A stretch of 64,000 nt of DNA, from contig JAVKOQ020000008.1 in assembly GCA_031835245.2 (NCBI GenBank), forward strand, positions 310,001 through 374,000. The letters run 5' to 3'. Below the pieces are notes generated by a model. That model did not search any database. It worked only from the letters and a program-made list of their open reading frames with translations, and was not told where the DNA came from. This document shows positions 61,886 through 64,000 of the stretch, piece after piece. This stretch comes from Balamuthia mandrillaris (Eukaryota). How positions within the stretch are numbered: position 1 is the first letter of the stretch; every line of letters begins with the position of its first letter. The translations under genes and the position numbers were made by a program.

Positions 61886-63935
61886 TTACAAAGAACGAGG
61901 GGAAGAAGATGAGGATGAAGGGAGAGATGAAGCAGGAGAAAGGTAGGAAGACGATGATACAAAAGTTGGATGATAAGAAGAAGGAGGAGGGGGAAAAGAG
62001 CAGAAGCGACGTTGAAGAGCGGCAATGACAACAAAGACGGGAAAGAGAAGCATCCAAGGAGATGCCGCCGAAGGCCCGTTGGGCGATATTGAAGAGGCTG
62101 AGGAGGACAAAGAGGTCATGAACCAAAACGGCCATAGAGTGGCAAGGGAGCTTCGCGCCCAGGAGAGGGCTAAGCTCAAAGGATGATGTCGGTTGGAGAC
62201 AATCTCTCTCTTGAACGAGGTGAAGCGATTGGAACCTCCTGATGAAGACCTTGCGAATGAGGCAGAGGAAGAAGATGAAGAGGAAGAAAGAAAAGAGGAA
62301 GGTTCGGAAGAAAGAACGGTAGTGGCGGAGAGATCTTTGGAGGAGGGATGGATGTAAGAGGTGAGAGGGATGATGAGAGCAGTCATATCATCTATCTTGG
62401 GTTCTCTTCCTCCCATTGCGGATTCCTCTTCCCTGCATCGTGCTTCCTCCACTAATAGTTGTGCTACTGTTGTTGCTTCCTCTTTTCAAAGAAATGCGAT
62501 GAGCGACTACCAGCAGGAGAAGAGGAGAGAATAAAGGGCGGAGAGTAACCTGTCTTTAGCTTCTCATGGATAAAAGAAATGACCGCTTGATTGCCTTCAG
62601 GAAAGGCGTTGTAGACGCCATCACTCAGCAAAACCAAAAACTCGTCTTCGTCAGGCCGTATGTATTCTTTGCATACATGTACAAACCGCTTGTCAAAAGC
62701 ATCTGACCCAAAGTTGGTGTCTTGTTTGTGGTAATGTCGGTTACAAGCAGCACAGAAAAGTGATGAAAGCAGAAAGAGAGCCAAAACAGACAGCAGGAGC
62801 GGAAAAGACAAGCTTACCAGGGCAAGAATCAACTGAGAGTTGAACAGCCTTGCTGCACCGACAAAGCAATGCCCTCGAGTCTCCACAGTTGACTACAGTT
62901 AGAGTGGCATTGTCTTCGCGGTTCCTAGCGGCCGCCACCTCTTTCTTTCCAGCAGCAAAAGCAAAGGAAGAACTGCAAGATGGCCTTTCGATAAAAGCAA
63001 TCACCGCTGTAGAGCCGCTTCCAATCATGCATTGAGGTCGTAAGTCCTGGTGTACTTCCTCGCATTGTTGCCTCAAAAAGGCTTTCTCTTCTTGCTCCTT
63101 CATTCCTTCTTCCTCTTCTCCTTCTTGTTCATGTTCCCGTTCTCTCTCCCGTCGGGACCCAAGTGTACATCTTCTTCCAAGTTGCCTCTTACCTTTCCGT
63201 TCTATTCCATTCATCTCTCTTCTCGGACGCTGTTGTGCTTCTTCCTCCTCCTCTTCAGCAAGAAAAAGAGAAGAAGAGGAGGATAGGAAGGATAAGGCAC
63301 GATGGTGGCGCAAGCGTTCAAAGGCACGAGGTAGGTGCTTGCTCAGGTAGCTAGACACATCTCTAGGATCCAGTTGAGTCCGAATGTCATAGCTCAGCCT
63401 GAATAGCAATAGAGTTTAAGCAAGGAATTGAAAAAGAAGAAGAAGAAGAAGAAGAAGAAGAAGAAGAAGAAGAAGAAGAAGAACAAGAAAAAGAAGAAGA
63501 ACAAGAAGCACAAGAACAATAACAAGAAGCGAATCAGAAGAGTAGCAACTACAACACGAATAATCACAACAAACAACAAACAACTAACAACAAGGTGAAC
63601 GAGAAGAAGAAGCAGCAAGAGGTGAGGAGGTGGTACTCGACCCCATTGCAGCAGCAACAGAAGGCCATTCATCCTCACTGACGCCAATGATGGAGAGCAA
63701 AAGCTCCTTGGTCTTGCCATTGCCTAGCCAGCCAAAGTTAGTTTCCAGCTTTTTCATCAAAAAAAAAAAAAAAGAAACAAAACACAAAGCAAAGCAAACC
63801 ATCATACACTCCAAAGATGCCCTCCTCGACGTTCATGCTGTAGGCATCCTCGTTGACCTTCCTGCCCGAGCTGTCCCTGCCCGCCAGGGAATAGCAGCCC
63901 GCTTCTGCCCCTCCGTGATGCTTCCTCTCCTCCAT
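61886..63935 (-). CDS. PP2C/PPM-type protein phosphatase-like; multi-exon
   Basis: GR...NEDA, IFGVYDG, SGSTAVIAFI, LTVVNCGDSRALLC, EFLVLLSDGV and DDMTALII. The 3' end is uncertain. Confidence 0.82.
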
Positions 63936-64000
63936 GATCACAAAGCCTTTGCCTCCTCTATTGGTGGGGCACCTTCCTTCCTCGTTTCACCTATTTTTTT

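Overview
Gene-dense eukaryotic nuclear DNA with short spliceosomal introns (mostly about 50-300 nt) that are rich in microsatellites. The gene content (Shk-type kinase-SH2 protein, TM9SF, TKL kinases, bL25, RFX) suggests an amoebozoan protist, possibly Acanthamoeba/Balamuthia-like; this is inference. About 26 protein-coding genes are recognisable: CM1/centrosomin-motif protein, MED18, a bacterial-type solute-binding protein, PH-PH-ArfGAP, FAM86/EEF2KMT-like methyltransferase, SnoaL-like protein, PEX3, TMEM222, RFX-domain factor, TKL kinase, PIP5K, three F-box proteins, ankyrin protein, QDPR, an ISY1-like paralog, a Cys/His-motif orphan, RCC1-repeat protein, TM9SF, PMM, membrane RING-H2 ligase, bystin, NCS-1-like protein, NADP-IDH, bL25-like protein, Shk kinase, IQ-DH-PH RhoGEF and a PP2C-like protein. 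The most notable non-genic signals are four: (i) a decayed Fanzor2/TnpB RNA-guided nuclease relic at about 10.28-10.58 kb that the ORF track largely hides, (ii) a chromodomain-bearing Ty3/gypsy relic at the window start, interrupted by a 52-bp MITE-like insertion with a 4-bp TSD, (iii) five near-phased CACGTCAGC motifs in the PMM promoter, and (iv) a one-base frameshift in the ISY1-like gene. All family calls come from motif recognition by eye with no database searches, and exon boundaries were placed manually and are approximate.
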